Source: Alkanindiges illinoisensis DSM 15370 (GTDB lineage Bacteria > Pseudomonadota > Gammaproteobacteria > Pseudomonadales > Moraxellaceae). Taken from it: DNA of 32,000 bases. The notes below the pieces were generated by a model. It made no database searches. It worked only from the letters and a program-made list of their open reading frames with translations, and was not told where the DNA came from. Below are positions 14,306 to 23,400 of the stretch, one piece after another (position 1 is the first letter of the stretch; each line of letters starts with the position of its first letter). The DNA lies in assembly GCF_000619845.1 (NCBI RefSeq), contig NZ_JHUX01000003.1:610064-642063 (forward strand), given 5' to 3'. The translations under genes and the position numbers were made by a program.

Positions 14306-15212
14306 TATGTTCCTAATCACAACAGTATTAAGGCCCAAGCCAAAGCAGGTGATGATTGGCTGCGAGGGTGCAATAGAACTTGTGCATTTGGGCGGGTTTT
14401 ATGGTTGCTGGACAGTTCTGATTAATGGCGTACCTTTAGATGTTCCACCTTACGAGGTAGGTAATGGTACGACGATTGAAAACTGGTGGAGTGAGATAAT
14501 TCAGGCAATCCGGGAAGATGGCAGGGTATCAATTAAGTATGTTGGGGAATTACATACGATCTGGAGCAATAACACGACTGAGTATGTGCGTATAGAGCTG
14601 ATTGGTTTACCAAACCCTGATTCTCCGAATTTATCAGCCATCAATGATTATCCTGATGTTTCACCAGATGAATTAAACCCGACACGGTTACTTGAAAATC
14701 CGGTGGAAAATTTTCCAGAATCATTTAGTAAGGTTTCATTCTGCCTTGCCCCTTCGACCTGTGCTGCGCAGGGTGCAGATATCATCATTAACCGTTCTAT
14801 TCCATTGCCTGCTGGAACGTATTACATGGAATACCAGCTGAACGAGGGTAACTGGCAGCGTATTGAAAAGACTTATTCAGTGCAAAAACATGCTGATGAT
14901 GTAGGTATGGATTTATTTAGAATCTTTGATGAATCCGGCTGGGCATTAATTGATACAAATGGCGGTGGTAATGGCACACTTGATGAAGATGGTCTACGTC
15001 GTCACCCGACACCTTTTGAATCATACCGGGCGAGGGCTGAAATCAGGGATGCACCGTTAGTTCCTGATATTCAGCCTGAACTGGCAATTCGTAAACCAAC
15101 AACATTGAAGTTTAGAACGTCACTGGGTACAGGTACTGATGCGGTGCAACTGTATTTCGGTGGTGATGTCGAGCTGCATGCGTGTACGTATGCATTCTGG
15201 CCCGGTCTTTAA
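14298..15212 (+). CDS. Hypothetical protein downstream of the fibre gene (fibre-associated, receptor-binding or assembly role possible)
   Basis: 304-aa ORF. ATG 14307 (AGGA 8 nt upstream) is an equally good start. I see no recognisable motif. Confidence 0.55.
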   Translation: MPNMFLITTVLRPKPKQVMIGCEGAIELVHLGGFYGCWTVLINGVPLDVPPYEVGNGTTIENWWSEIIQAIREDGRVSIKYVGELHTIWSNNTTEYVRIELIGLPNPDSPNLSAINDYPDVSPDELNPTRLLENPVENFPESFSKVSFCLAPSTCAAQGADIIINRSIPLPAGTYYMEYQLNEGNWQRIEKTYSVQKHADDVGMDLFRIFDESGWALIDTNGGGNGTLDEDGLRRHPTPFESYRARAEIRDAPLVPDIQPELAIRKPTTLKFRTSLGTGTDAVQLYFGGDVELHACTYAFWPGL

Positions 15213-15229
15213 TTTAATTCTTTATCCAG

Positions 15230-15243
15230 CCGCCTTCGGGCGG
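15230..15243 (+). other. Short GC hairpin with UUCG tetraloop (weak terminator or RNA-stability element)
   Basis: CCGCC-ttcg-GGCGG, followed by taaatctt (poor U-tract). Confidence 0.4.
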
Positions 15244-15262
15244 TAAATCTTAGGACAACAAA

Positions 15263-15775
15263 ATGTTTGGTTTTCCCCGCGCTAAAATCCTGAGCTATAA
15301 CCAGAAGGCCCGGACAGCCCAGATTCATATTTATGGTATGACAGATGGGGCCAGTGAAGGTTTAGAAGCCACATTTGCTTATCCGGTTGGTGATGACGAC
15401 CTTGATACCGAACGCGAAATATTGGTCGGTGCAGACGTGTATATCTTCTTTCAAAATGGTGATGAAGGCTTACCAGTGGTCTGGAGCTACAGCAGTCACG
15501 GTGAGGGAGCCGTTGAAGATGTGCGCCGGATCCGGCAGAAAAATATTGAAATTCTTGGGCGTGAAAATGTACTGGTTGAAGCCCCTATAGTAACAATTAA
15601 GGCCCATCTCGTGCTTGAGGGTGATTTTACTCACACAGGCGACCAGACGACAACGGGCAAGATCACAGCCACAGAAGATGTGATAGGTGGCGAAGTATCT
15701 CTTAAATCCCATCCTCATAGTGGAGTCAGACGTGGGTCTGAACAAACTGACCCACCCATGCCTACTGGAACCTAG
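15263..15775 (+). CDS. Baseplate central spike, gpV / Mu gp45-like
   Basis: AGGA lies upstream. 'VGADVYIFFQNGDEGLPVVWS' matches the gpV OB-fold motif (G..V.v.f..GD...P.V.g). The C-terminal 'SLKSHPHSGVRRGSEQTDPP' matches the H.H.g..gg.T..P ending. Confidence 0.6.
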   Translation: MFGFPRAKILSYNQKARTAQIHIYGMTDGASEGLEATFAYPVGDDDLDTEREILVGADVYIFFQNGDEGLPVVWSYSSHGEGAVEDVRRIRQKNIEILGRENVLVEAPIVTIKAHLVLEGDFTHTGDQTTTGKITATEDVIGGEVSLKSHPHSGVRRGSEQTDPPMPTGT

Positions 15776-15808
15776 CCCATTTCCATAAAATCCATTCAGC
15801 CAAAATAA
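15766..15808 (+). promoter_or_regulatory. Copy F of the TGGAACC-N24-box element
   Basis: TGGAACC 15766-15772 (the last codons of the spike gene), 24 nt, then CAGCCAAAATAA 15797-15808 (9/12 identical to copies B and C). ATG 15839 lies 30 nt further on. Confidence 0.5.
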
Positions 15809-15838
15809 GCCTTAAATTGGTGAATTTTGGCAACAAGA

Positions 15839-17461
15839 ATGGCAGTTTCAGATGTTTTAGCAATCTTGCTCGGTGCAGGCTCCGCTGCTTCAGCACCGTC
15901 GCCTATCGTCGGGGCAGCTCAAGAAAGTATGGCGCATATGTATGACGCCGCTGCGCCATTTTCGCTAGGCACCCATCAAACCAAAAATAATAAGAAACGT
16001 ACCCGCAAGGAAATCATGACCAAATGGGAGCAAATGCTTAAGTTTGCCCCTATTGCTGAAAGTATGGGAATCCATAGCACCGCTGCACTGGGTGGTGATG
16101 AGCACACCAGCCAGCAAGTATTCATTAAGCCTGCTGAACGCCTGCAAAAAGCCGACAACCCTGTTTTAAAAGCACAGCTTGCCAAACTTGAAAAACGTAT
16201 CAAGCCGATGGAGCGGCTGATCAATCAGCATATTCTTAAACTGTGTTTTGATGCCTGCGGCTTTGGCGATTCCTATGCCCGTGTATATGGGAAAAAAGGC
16301 ATTGGCGTCGTGGATATGATGTGTAACGAATACACCTATCCACCGCTGGTTTTACCGTTTGAGCAGGGTAGTAAAACGCTGGTCTATCATTTGTTGGACG
16401 CCCGAAACTGGACGAATACCAGTTCAAAATTAGGGGCGCGACAAATGATCCGCATGAAAATGCCGCGGATTCTGCACGTTCCCCAGCATGAAATCATTGA
16501 AGGCGTGCTTGTTGCCAAGATGATGGAAGAGGACGACCCGGACAATTTGCCGCTTTTCCCAGCGCATGTGGGTGGCTCATTTTTAATTGCCATTGAAGAA
16601 ATTTTTGACAATGTGATTCGTGCGCTAGCGGCAATGAATACACAGCAGGTTGCTGATGCAGTCAACCAGATGTTTTTAACCATGAACATGGCCGGTATGC
16701 CACCGGCACAGCGTGAAGCCTACAAGCAAGGGCTTGAAGGCATGTTACGTGAGCATGAACAGTTTGTTAAGAATGCATTAGATGGCGGCGAAGCACTTTA
16801 CACCACGAAATACCACGTATTGCCAACATGGGATGAAAAGCAAATTTTAAACCCGATTGGCGATATCAAGGGCCAGCGTAGTACAGCCATTAATATTGAA
16901 ACTTTTATGATTGACGTACGCTTGCTTATGGGGGGCCTTGGTCTGGACCCGTCCATGGTAGGCTGGGCTGATATGTTATCCGGTGGAATAGGTGATGGTT
17001 CCGCGTCCCTGACGTATTCAAGCCAGGTGATGCGCCGTTCCATGATGATACGGCAGTCCTCAAGCCAAATGGTTAATGACTTGCTTAAAATTGACTGGGG
17101 CTATGCCTATAACGAAGATTTTGACAATGAACTGGATTATCCATGGCAAGTGGTCTTTCATTCTGATCAGACTGCAGCAGCCAATGAAATCCAGACGACC
17201 AAGCAAACCCGCATGAATACATTGCTGATTAAGACGCAGGTCATTACCGCGATTAAAGACGCAGGGCTTAATGAAGAAAATACCGCACTACTGTTAGAGC
17301 GTGACGGGGGGATGGATTACGACGAAGCCCAGAATCTGGCTAAAGATATTACCAGCGCCCGGGAAAAAGCCTTAGAGGATGGCCAAAATCCCAATGGCAA
17401 TCCACAGGATGACAACTTAAATCCTGAACCAGAAAATGACGACGAAGAGGACGGCATTTAA
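15839..17461 (+). CDS. Portal protein
   Basis: ~540 aa. The N-terminal region 'TRKEIMTKWEQMLKFAPIAESMGIHSTAAL' resembles the portal pattern seen in T4 gp20 (TReli..y..l......n.a...i..dai). The C-terminus is highly acidic (PEPENDDEEDGI). The track start is TTG 15827. ATG 15839 is preferred because it restores the 26-30 nt box-to-start spacing seen at the other copies. Confidence 0.65.
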   Translation: MAVSDVLAILLGAGSAASAPSPIVGAAQESMAHMYDAAAPFSLGTHQTKNNKKRTRKEIMTKWEQMLKFAPIAESMGIHSTAALGGDEHTSQQVFIKPAERLQKADNPVLKAQLAKLEKRIKPMERLINQHILKLCFDACGFGDSYARVYGKKGIGVVDMMCNEYTYPPLVLPFEQGSKTLVYHLLDARNWTNTSSKLGARQMIRMKMPRILHVPQHEIIEGVLVAKMMEEDDPDNLPLFPAHVGGSFLIAIEEIFDNVIRALAAMNTQQVADAVNQMFLTMNMAGMPPAQREAYKQGLEGMLREHEQFVKNALDGGEALYTTKYHVLPTWDEKQILNPIGDIKGQRSTAINIETFMIDVRLLMGGLGLDPSMVGWADMLSGGIGDGSASLTYSSQVMRRSMMIRQSSSQMVNDLLKIDWGYAYNEDFDNELDYPWQVVFHSDQTAAANEIQTTKQTRMNTLLIKTQVITAIKDAGLNEENTALLLERDGGMDYDEAQNLAKDITSAREKALEDGQNPNGNPQDDNLNPEPENDDEEDGI

Positions 17462-18039
17462 TGGCTGATCAATATGGGGTTTGGTCTGGCATGCCGATTG
17501 AAGAGGCCATCGGCTACTATGAGTCGTTGTATGCCATTGGTACGCTATCGGCCATTCATTATGGGGTAGAGTTGCGGCCCTTTGATGAAAACGGAAAAAT
17601 CGCCAAAAGCCCAGATGTGACCCTGTTTAATAACTTTTGGTTGCCGTGGCTGGCCACCAGTATTGATTTATCGGTACTGGATGCACAAAGTGATAGTGCC
17701 AAGGTCGGTCACTACCAGTTGAACTATCTCACTGGCAATGGTTCTGGTGAAATTTCCATACCGTTCATTGAAACCCGCGCTGCTGATATTTTAAATAGTG
17801 CCAAAGCCATTAAAAAAATCGTGTTTCCCAAAGATGGTACTCAGGCGGTACCCGGTGATTACCTGATGCTGATGAAAATCTTTATCTATGACAAGCACAG
17901 CCGGTCAACACGGGTTTTTGAGGTTGATCACTTAGTTGCCTTGCAAGCCGGTAGTGTGCCTCTGGATGCCTCTAATGTGAATGGCGTGGCAACAGTCCAG
18001 CTTAACTTCTTAAAGATGTTTCCCATGCTGGTTGATTGA
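17461..18039 (+). CDS. Hypothetical virion protein (192 aa)
   Basis: A TAATG overlap joins it to the portal gene. It looks beta-rich, with a vague resemblance to gp19-type tube-fold proteins. I see no protease motif. Confidence 0.55.
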   Translation: MADQYGVWSGMPIEEAIGYYESLYAIGTLSAIHYGVELRPFDENGKIAKSPDVTLFNNFWLPWLATSIDLSVLDAQSDSAKVGHYQLNYLTGNGSGEISIPFIETRAADILNSAKAIKKIVFPKDGTQAVPGDYLMLMKIFIYDKHSRSTRVFEVDHLVALQAGSVPLDASNVNGVATVQLNFLKMFPMLVD

Positions 18040-18040
18040 C

Positions 18041-18083
18041 TGGAACCTGCCAGAAACCCATCATTTTTAGCCTGACACAATAA
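18041..18083 (+). promoter_or_regulatory. Copy C of the TGGAACC-N24-CACAATAA element
   Basis: TGGAACC 18041-18047 begins 2 nt after the upstream stop. After 24 nt comes CTGACACAATAA 18072-18083, identical to the 12-mer of copy B. ATG 18114 lies 30 nt further on. Confidence 0.5.
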
Positions 18084-18112
18084 GCCCAGTATTAAAAATA
18101 GTGGGCTTTTTT
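18082..18112 (+). terminator. Terminator hairpin overlapping the end of promoter-like copy C
   Basis: AAGCCCA(gta ttaaaaa tag)TGGGCTTtttt: 7-bp outer stem plus an AT inner stem with one mismatch, T-run 18107-18112, directly abutting ATG 18114. Confidence 0.55.
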
Positions 18113-18113
18113 C

Positions 18114-20063
18114 ATGCGCCGGAATATCGATATTTTCACCCAGACTCATGCACCGCATTCCAGCCGGTTTGTGGCAGGTTTTGATTCCATTAACAGCGGG
18201 TCCTGTGCAGTAGGTTTTATTGCTGGCCAATATCGCCGTATCCCGGCGCTTGTGGCTGAAACAGCGACCGATGATGACCAATGGCGAGTTGTTAATCTAA
18301 AAGGCGGTAAGGGCAATGAAGCGCATTTTGATGCGATTGCGGTACTGGGCGCGGTAGATGATCAACAGGCAGCTGATATGACGTTAATGCAGTTTGGCCG
18401 CCTATTTGATTCTGTGGCTATGGATGTGCTGACAACCAATACCAATGGCCTAATGCGCCATTTAGATACCAGCCACTACCACGCTAAACCCAGCACCATT
18501 GCCCCATGGCAACTTAAGGCCATGCAGGACGTGATTTGTGCTGAAAAACCTATGTGGGATGACATCAATCTGGTATCCCATAAAGGCCAAACCGCCAATT
18601 TGCTGCTGGATATGCAACGCCATGATGACCACGATGGGTTGTTATCCCAGTTTGACGGATTGCCAAATTTGCTTGAGCAGCTTGGCGTTGAAGAGCCGGG
18701 CTTTGATGCGCTCATTGTGCAGTATCAATATCTTGAAAAGCTGACCGCACAATTGCATACCGCTATGAAAAATGCGGGCAAGGCTGGTGTGCAAGTGGTG
18801 AATGTCACCGTTAGCAAGCCATTCAAGCGTAACAAAGTGGCGCAAGTTGCGGTGACTTACGATATGGCAGACGGCCAGAGCGTCACGATTCTCTTTCACA
18901 ACCCTGACAGCACACCGTCCAAACTGGCGCCAGCTGATACGCTCATTTCATGGAAAATCCAGATGAATAACCGTGATATTACTGGCGCTATTCAACCGAA
19001 CCAGGGTGAAGGTATTGCCTTACCAGTGCTGGCTGGCCGTATTCTAAAACTGGTCAATCAGAATAGTGACCGGTTTAAGCGCTACCAGGTTAAAAAAACA
19101 GAGCAGGCGCAGGCTTTGGCGGATGCCGAACAGCGTATCACTGATAAAACCGCCCTCGATAAAGCGCTGGACGACGAAATGACTGATTTACAGCAACAGA
19201 TTGATGCAGCCCATGAGCAGGCCAAGCAACAGCAGGAACTGGCTCAGCAAAATAGCGAAGTTCTTAAGGGGCTTATGGCTGATATTGCAGCAACTGCTGA
19301 TCTGGGTGAAGCCACTACCAAAAATTACTTCTTTAAAGAAAAAGAGGTGGATGGCACCAAGTTTCATTTGTCAGTAGACCCATTTGGTGATGGCCTGACG
19401 GTTTGTTTATCAATCATGCCTGCCACTGGCGGCGAGCAGACAGAAGAACAGGCCTTTACGCTAGAACAACTGCAAAACGGTGGTTTTGAGGAAGCTAAGG
19501 CCTATCTAAAAACACTGGATGAAAAGTTTAATCAGGCCGTGGTTGAGGATGATTCGATTCCTGCTGAAGATATTCAGTTTGTGAGAGATATCGAGGCAGG
19601 CACGGTAGACGGTCTGGCCGAAGATAATTTCAAGCGCTTATATGGTATTGCTCAGGAAACCAAAAACAATGGGGATGAGGAAACCGAAGGCGCAGCAGTT
19701 AGTGCTGCAACGGTGATGGCCGAGAAACTTAAACCTGTTGCAACTGAAAAAGGTATCTCGCTTGAGCGCCTAAATACCGCGATTGATGATGAAGATGTAC
19801 TGGAAATCCTAGATTCCATTGAAGCCTTGCAAGCTGCCCTTAATGCAGCACCTGAACCTGAGCCTGAACCAGCTGCTAACCCGGATCAGGAGTTTCTGCA
19901 AAACATCATTGCAGGCACTGTGGACGCCACAACTGTTGATATGGATCACATCATAGAACTGGGCGAGAAGTACCCAGACGATGCAGCATTCAATGCATTG
20001 TATGAGCAGGCTCTCAATGCGATTAACAAGGCTGAGCAAGAAGCCGCCAAGAGTTTGGGTTAA
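18114..20063 (+). CDS. Large acidic coiled-coil protein; candidate packaged accessory protein (DarA-like in size and position, unverified)
   Basis: 649 aa. A GFDSI motif sits 22 aa from the N-terminus, like the leader of 5170-5961. The central domain is paralogous to 6615-7148. It also has a Q/E/A coiled coil, a PEPEPEP linker, and two copies of a [QE]F[VL]..I.AGTVD module. There is no SD, but the start is supported by the box-to-ATG spacing. Confidence 0.6.
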   Translation: MRRNIDIFTQTHAPHSSRFVAGFDSINSGSCAVGFIAGQYRRIPALVAETATDDDQWRVVNLKGGKGNEAHFDAIAVLGAVDDQQAADMTLMQFGRLFDSVAMDVLTTNTNGLMRHLDTSHYHAKPSTIAPWQLKAMQDVICAEKPMWDDINLVSHKGQTANLLLDMQRHDDHDGLLSQFDGLPNLLEQLGVEEPGFDALIVQYQYLEKLTAQLHTAMKNAGKAGVQVVNVTVSKPFKRNKVAQVAVTYDMADGQSVTILFHNPDSTPSKLAPADTLISWKIQMNNRDITGAIQPNQGEGIALPVLAGRILKLVNQNSDRFKRYQVKKTEQAQALADAEQRITDKTALDKALDDEMTDLQQQIDAAHEQAKQQQELAQQNSEVLKGLMADIAATADLGEATTKNYFFKEKEVDGTKFHLSVDPFGDGLTVCLSIMPATGGEQTEEQAFTLEQLQNGGFEEAKAYLKTLDEKFNQAVVEDDSIPAEDIQFVRDIEAGTVDGLAEDNFKRLYGIAQETKNNGDEETEGAAVSAATVMAEKLKPVATEKGISLERLNTAIDDEDVLEILDSIEALQAALNAAPEPEPEPAANPDQEFLQNIIAGTVDATTVDMDHIIELGEKYPDDAAFNALYEQALNAINKAEQEAAKSLG

Positions 20064-20075
20064 GGGGGTAAAACG

Positions 20076-20420
20076 ATGTTGACTGCATTAGAAAAAGCCA
20101 AAGCCCTTAAAGAGTTTAGAGAATTGCGCCTTAAACTGGCTGGTGATGGATTAACCGCGCTGGACAAGGCCAAATCGTTAAAGCGCTTTCGTGAATTGCG
20201 TTTGTTGCTGGGTGGACAGAATCAACCAGAAGCACAGGAACCCGCCAATAATCCGCTGTACCAGTCCATTCTGGAAGGCCGGGAAGTCACACTAGAATTG
20301 CTGGAGCAGGTCAAGGCAGAGGCCGAAAAAGACTTGAACCATCCACAGCTGATTCCCGCTGTTCTTAAACTTAAAGAGCAGGTTGAACCATTACAGGTGC
20401 ATCAGAGTGAGGCGGCTTAA
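20076..20420 (+). CDS. Small helical protein with an internal 24-aa tandem duplication
   Basis: GGGGG lies upstream. LTALEKAKALKEFRELRLKLAG (aa 2-23) and LTALDKAKSLKRFRELRLLLGG (aa 26-47). Its stop abuts the ATG of the next gene. Confidence 0.65.
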   Translation: MLTALEKAKALKEFRELRLKLAGDGLTALDKAKSLKRFRELRLLLGGQNQPEAQEPANNPLYQSILEGREVTLELLEQVKAEAEKDLNHPQLIPAVLKLKEQVEPLQVHQSEAA

Positions 20421-23400
20421 ATGGTGTCGAAAACGGATAAAACCGCCTTAAATCAAATTGACGTCGTTGCAAATCCCATTGCAGCGATTGATGCGATGAT
20501 TGATGCGCTTAAGCACCAGCAGCACGAAAACTACGAGTTTTTAACGGGTGAACCGGTTGCATCCATCCAGTCCGGCCAGATTAAGCCTGATGAGAAGGGT
20601 CATTACATCAAGGCGGCTGTTAACTGGTTTAGGGAGTGGATGGACAAAAATAGCCATGGGCAGGAATTTGAAAATGTGCAGCTAGGAACAATCATTATTG
20701 CGCCTAGTGGCATTAAATCAGCCATGAGTCATAAACCCCACCCAATTGATGTTCAGGCGCTACCGGCCTTGCCTTTGATTATTGAAAAAGCTGTTGTTCT
20801 CAGTAGAACAATGGATGATATGGGCAAACCATTAGAAAATATTGTGGTCGCGGCACCCATCGAAATTGACGCCAAAAAATATTATATGGTTGTTCGTTTA
20901 AGACGGCACACTGAAGATAAAAACGATAGACCCCGCTTTTATACGCAAGCGGTTACTATTGCAGAGGACATAAAAAAAGGACACATCCCTTCAGACCAAG
21001 TGACTGGGCAAAATAAATTGCTTACTCAAAATGGAGGACGTGTCCGTTTATTAAATGTACTGTATAGCGCTCTCAGTGTCAATAATCCAGCGACCAGCAT
21101 TGTTACAGGCCGTACAAACACTGTAAAAACCCCAAAAGGCACCAAACTTGATACGGTTTTTGCACTGGTTGAAGCTGACAATGTAATTGCATCACACGAT
21201 AGCACTGGCGGGACTAATCCTAAATTTCCGCAAGAATTGCAGCCGCGTGACCGTAGCCGCGAAGCCAGCCAGACATGGGTGAAAAAAACAGCGGCCAATC
21301 TGGATCCTGATAGTCTGGGTAAAACCAGCCGTGCAGACACCGGTGCGCCGATTGTTGGTGATGACTTGATTGTTGAATCCGGGAACGGTCGCACCATGGC
21401 GATTCAATTAGCGTACGCACGTGGTACCGCAGAGGAATACCGCGCTTGGCTGGTTGATGAGGCAGAATACTTTGGATTTAAGCCTGAACAGGTTGAAGCC
21501 TTTAAGCAGCCTGTACTGGTGCGTATCCGTAAAACTGAGATTGACCGTGCCGCATTTGCAGTAGAAGCGAACCAGGATGATAAGCTGTCTTTGAGTGCCA
21601 CGGAACGCGCCAAGGCCGATGCTCGCCGTATTGATGACAATATGGCGATGCTATTTAACCCAAGCGAAGATGGGGATTTACTGGCGGCCAGTAACCAGAA
21701 ATTTATACAGGCTTTTTTACAGTCCATTGGTGATACCGAAGCTGCTCAGTATATTGGAACCGATGGCAAGCCAACGCAGGCACTAGTTTTACGCATTAAA
21801 GCAGCGGTATTTAGCAAGGCTTATAAGGATGACCGTCTTTTAGAGATGGTGGCAGACCAGACCAAGCCAGACTTAAAAAATATGCTGAATGCATTAAGTG
21901 TTGCGGCGCCCAAGTTTATTGAGGCCCAAGCCATTAGCCGGTTACAAACCGAAGATTTATCCAGTCAAATTGTTGATGGTATTGAAAGTGCCACTGACCA
22001 AAAGGTTATTGATGCGATTATTGCCGCTGCAAACGTGGTGATGACCGCAAAAAATGACAACCATGACGTGACCGAGTTTGTTAAGCAGCAAGGCCTGTTT
22101 GGTGATTTACCGGATGGTGTGGCAGAGCTGGCCGTATTCCTATCCAAAAATGCCAGCAGTGCCAAAAAGATGAGTCTGTTATTCAAAGCTATGGCCAGCT
22201 TTTTGGAAAAACAGGCAATTGACCAGAGTAACAATAGCCTGTTTGGTGATCCTGAGCCGCTGAGCATGCGAGAGGTCATTCAGCATGCTGTTGGTGTACT
22301 TGAGCAAGAATATGGCGATAAAGCCAATTTAAGCATGTTTGATGATTTAGGCTTTCTAGAGCCTAAGTTATTTGACCAGATTTTTAAGTCCTACGCCCGC
22401 ACTGGGGAATGGACACCAACAAAATATCTGGAGCAAATGGATGCGTTGCGTCGTATTTTCTTTGCAAACGGCTGGGGACGTGAAAGACGTACTAACGGCT
22501 TCATGATCAAGCCTTGTGGTGAACGCAAAGTACGTCTTATTAAATATGCCGATGATGATAAATTTTTTGTCAGCATCGTTGATTTAGATGAAAAATTAAT
22601 CACTGAAATTGTAGGTTGTGATAATAAGGCCATTCCTGAAATCATTGCTGAAATTAATAAATATCTTAATGAAGATCAGCAACTATCATTAGAAAAGTCT
22701 GGCTTTGATTCGGTTGATGGCAATGATCAGATTGCTATGGTGCCTAAGGTTGATGCTAGCAATACATGGATGAATGGGCAAATCATTCCATGGTCAGAAA
22801 ATCCTGAGACTGATTTTGCGCATTCCATGAAATTGCCATCTTCCGGTCAGCTTGGTGATAAGGTTTGTTTTCATGTCTGGGCAAATGAAAGTAAAGAGTC
22901 AAGGGTGAGAATAGATGCATTTATTGCAGATATTAAGTTTAAGACCAGTAAAGTATGGTATGGACTGGCCATGCGCATTGCTGATACGCGATTTGCGACA
23001 CTGATTTACTTACCTAGTGGGACTTTTGATATTTTAACCAGTCATGAAAGTGTAGACGGTTATGATGCCTTACTCACCATGGAAGAGATATGTCGGCATA
23101 ACTGTTTGCGTACTGATATTGATAAGCAAGCCCATGAAGCCGCCACGTCACCTTACAATGATTTGCCAGAGCCGACTGAAGCACAAAAAATTTCAGGGGA
23201 TTATGTGAAGGGCAAGCTATCAATTGCGGGTGTAGATATAGCGATTGAAAATCCGGCTGGTTCTACACGCTCAGGCGTTGACGCCAGTGGAAAGGCTTGG
23301 CAAACCACGATGAAGCATCACTATGGCTACATTGAAAATACCATGGGTGCCGATGGTGATGAGCTGGATGTATTTGTTAAAACTGGTTTGAATGAATATA

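Noticed and set aside
17461-18039. The 192-aa ORF after the portal as the prohead protease
   Set aside because: The position and size are suggestive (T4 gp21 is ~210 aa). However, I see none of the His/Ser-containing blocks I associate with gp21/U9, HK97/U35 or ClpP/S49-type proteases. I leave it as hypothetical.
18114-20063. The 649-aa ORF as the missing tape measure, or as a classical scaffold
   Set aside because: It is strongly acidic, lacks Gly/Ala-rich or hydrophobic tape-measure features, and is grouped with the effector genes rather than the tail genes. It has only two FDS[IV] sites, near the N-terminus, so most of the protein would survive maturation, unlike a degraded scaffold. Neither role is excluded.
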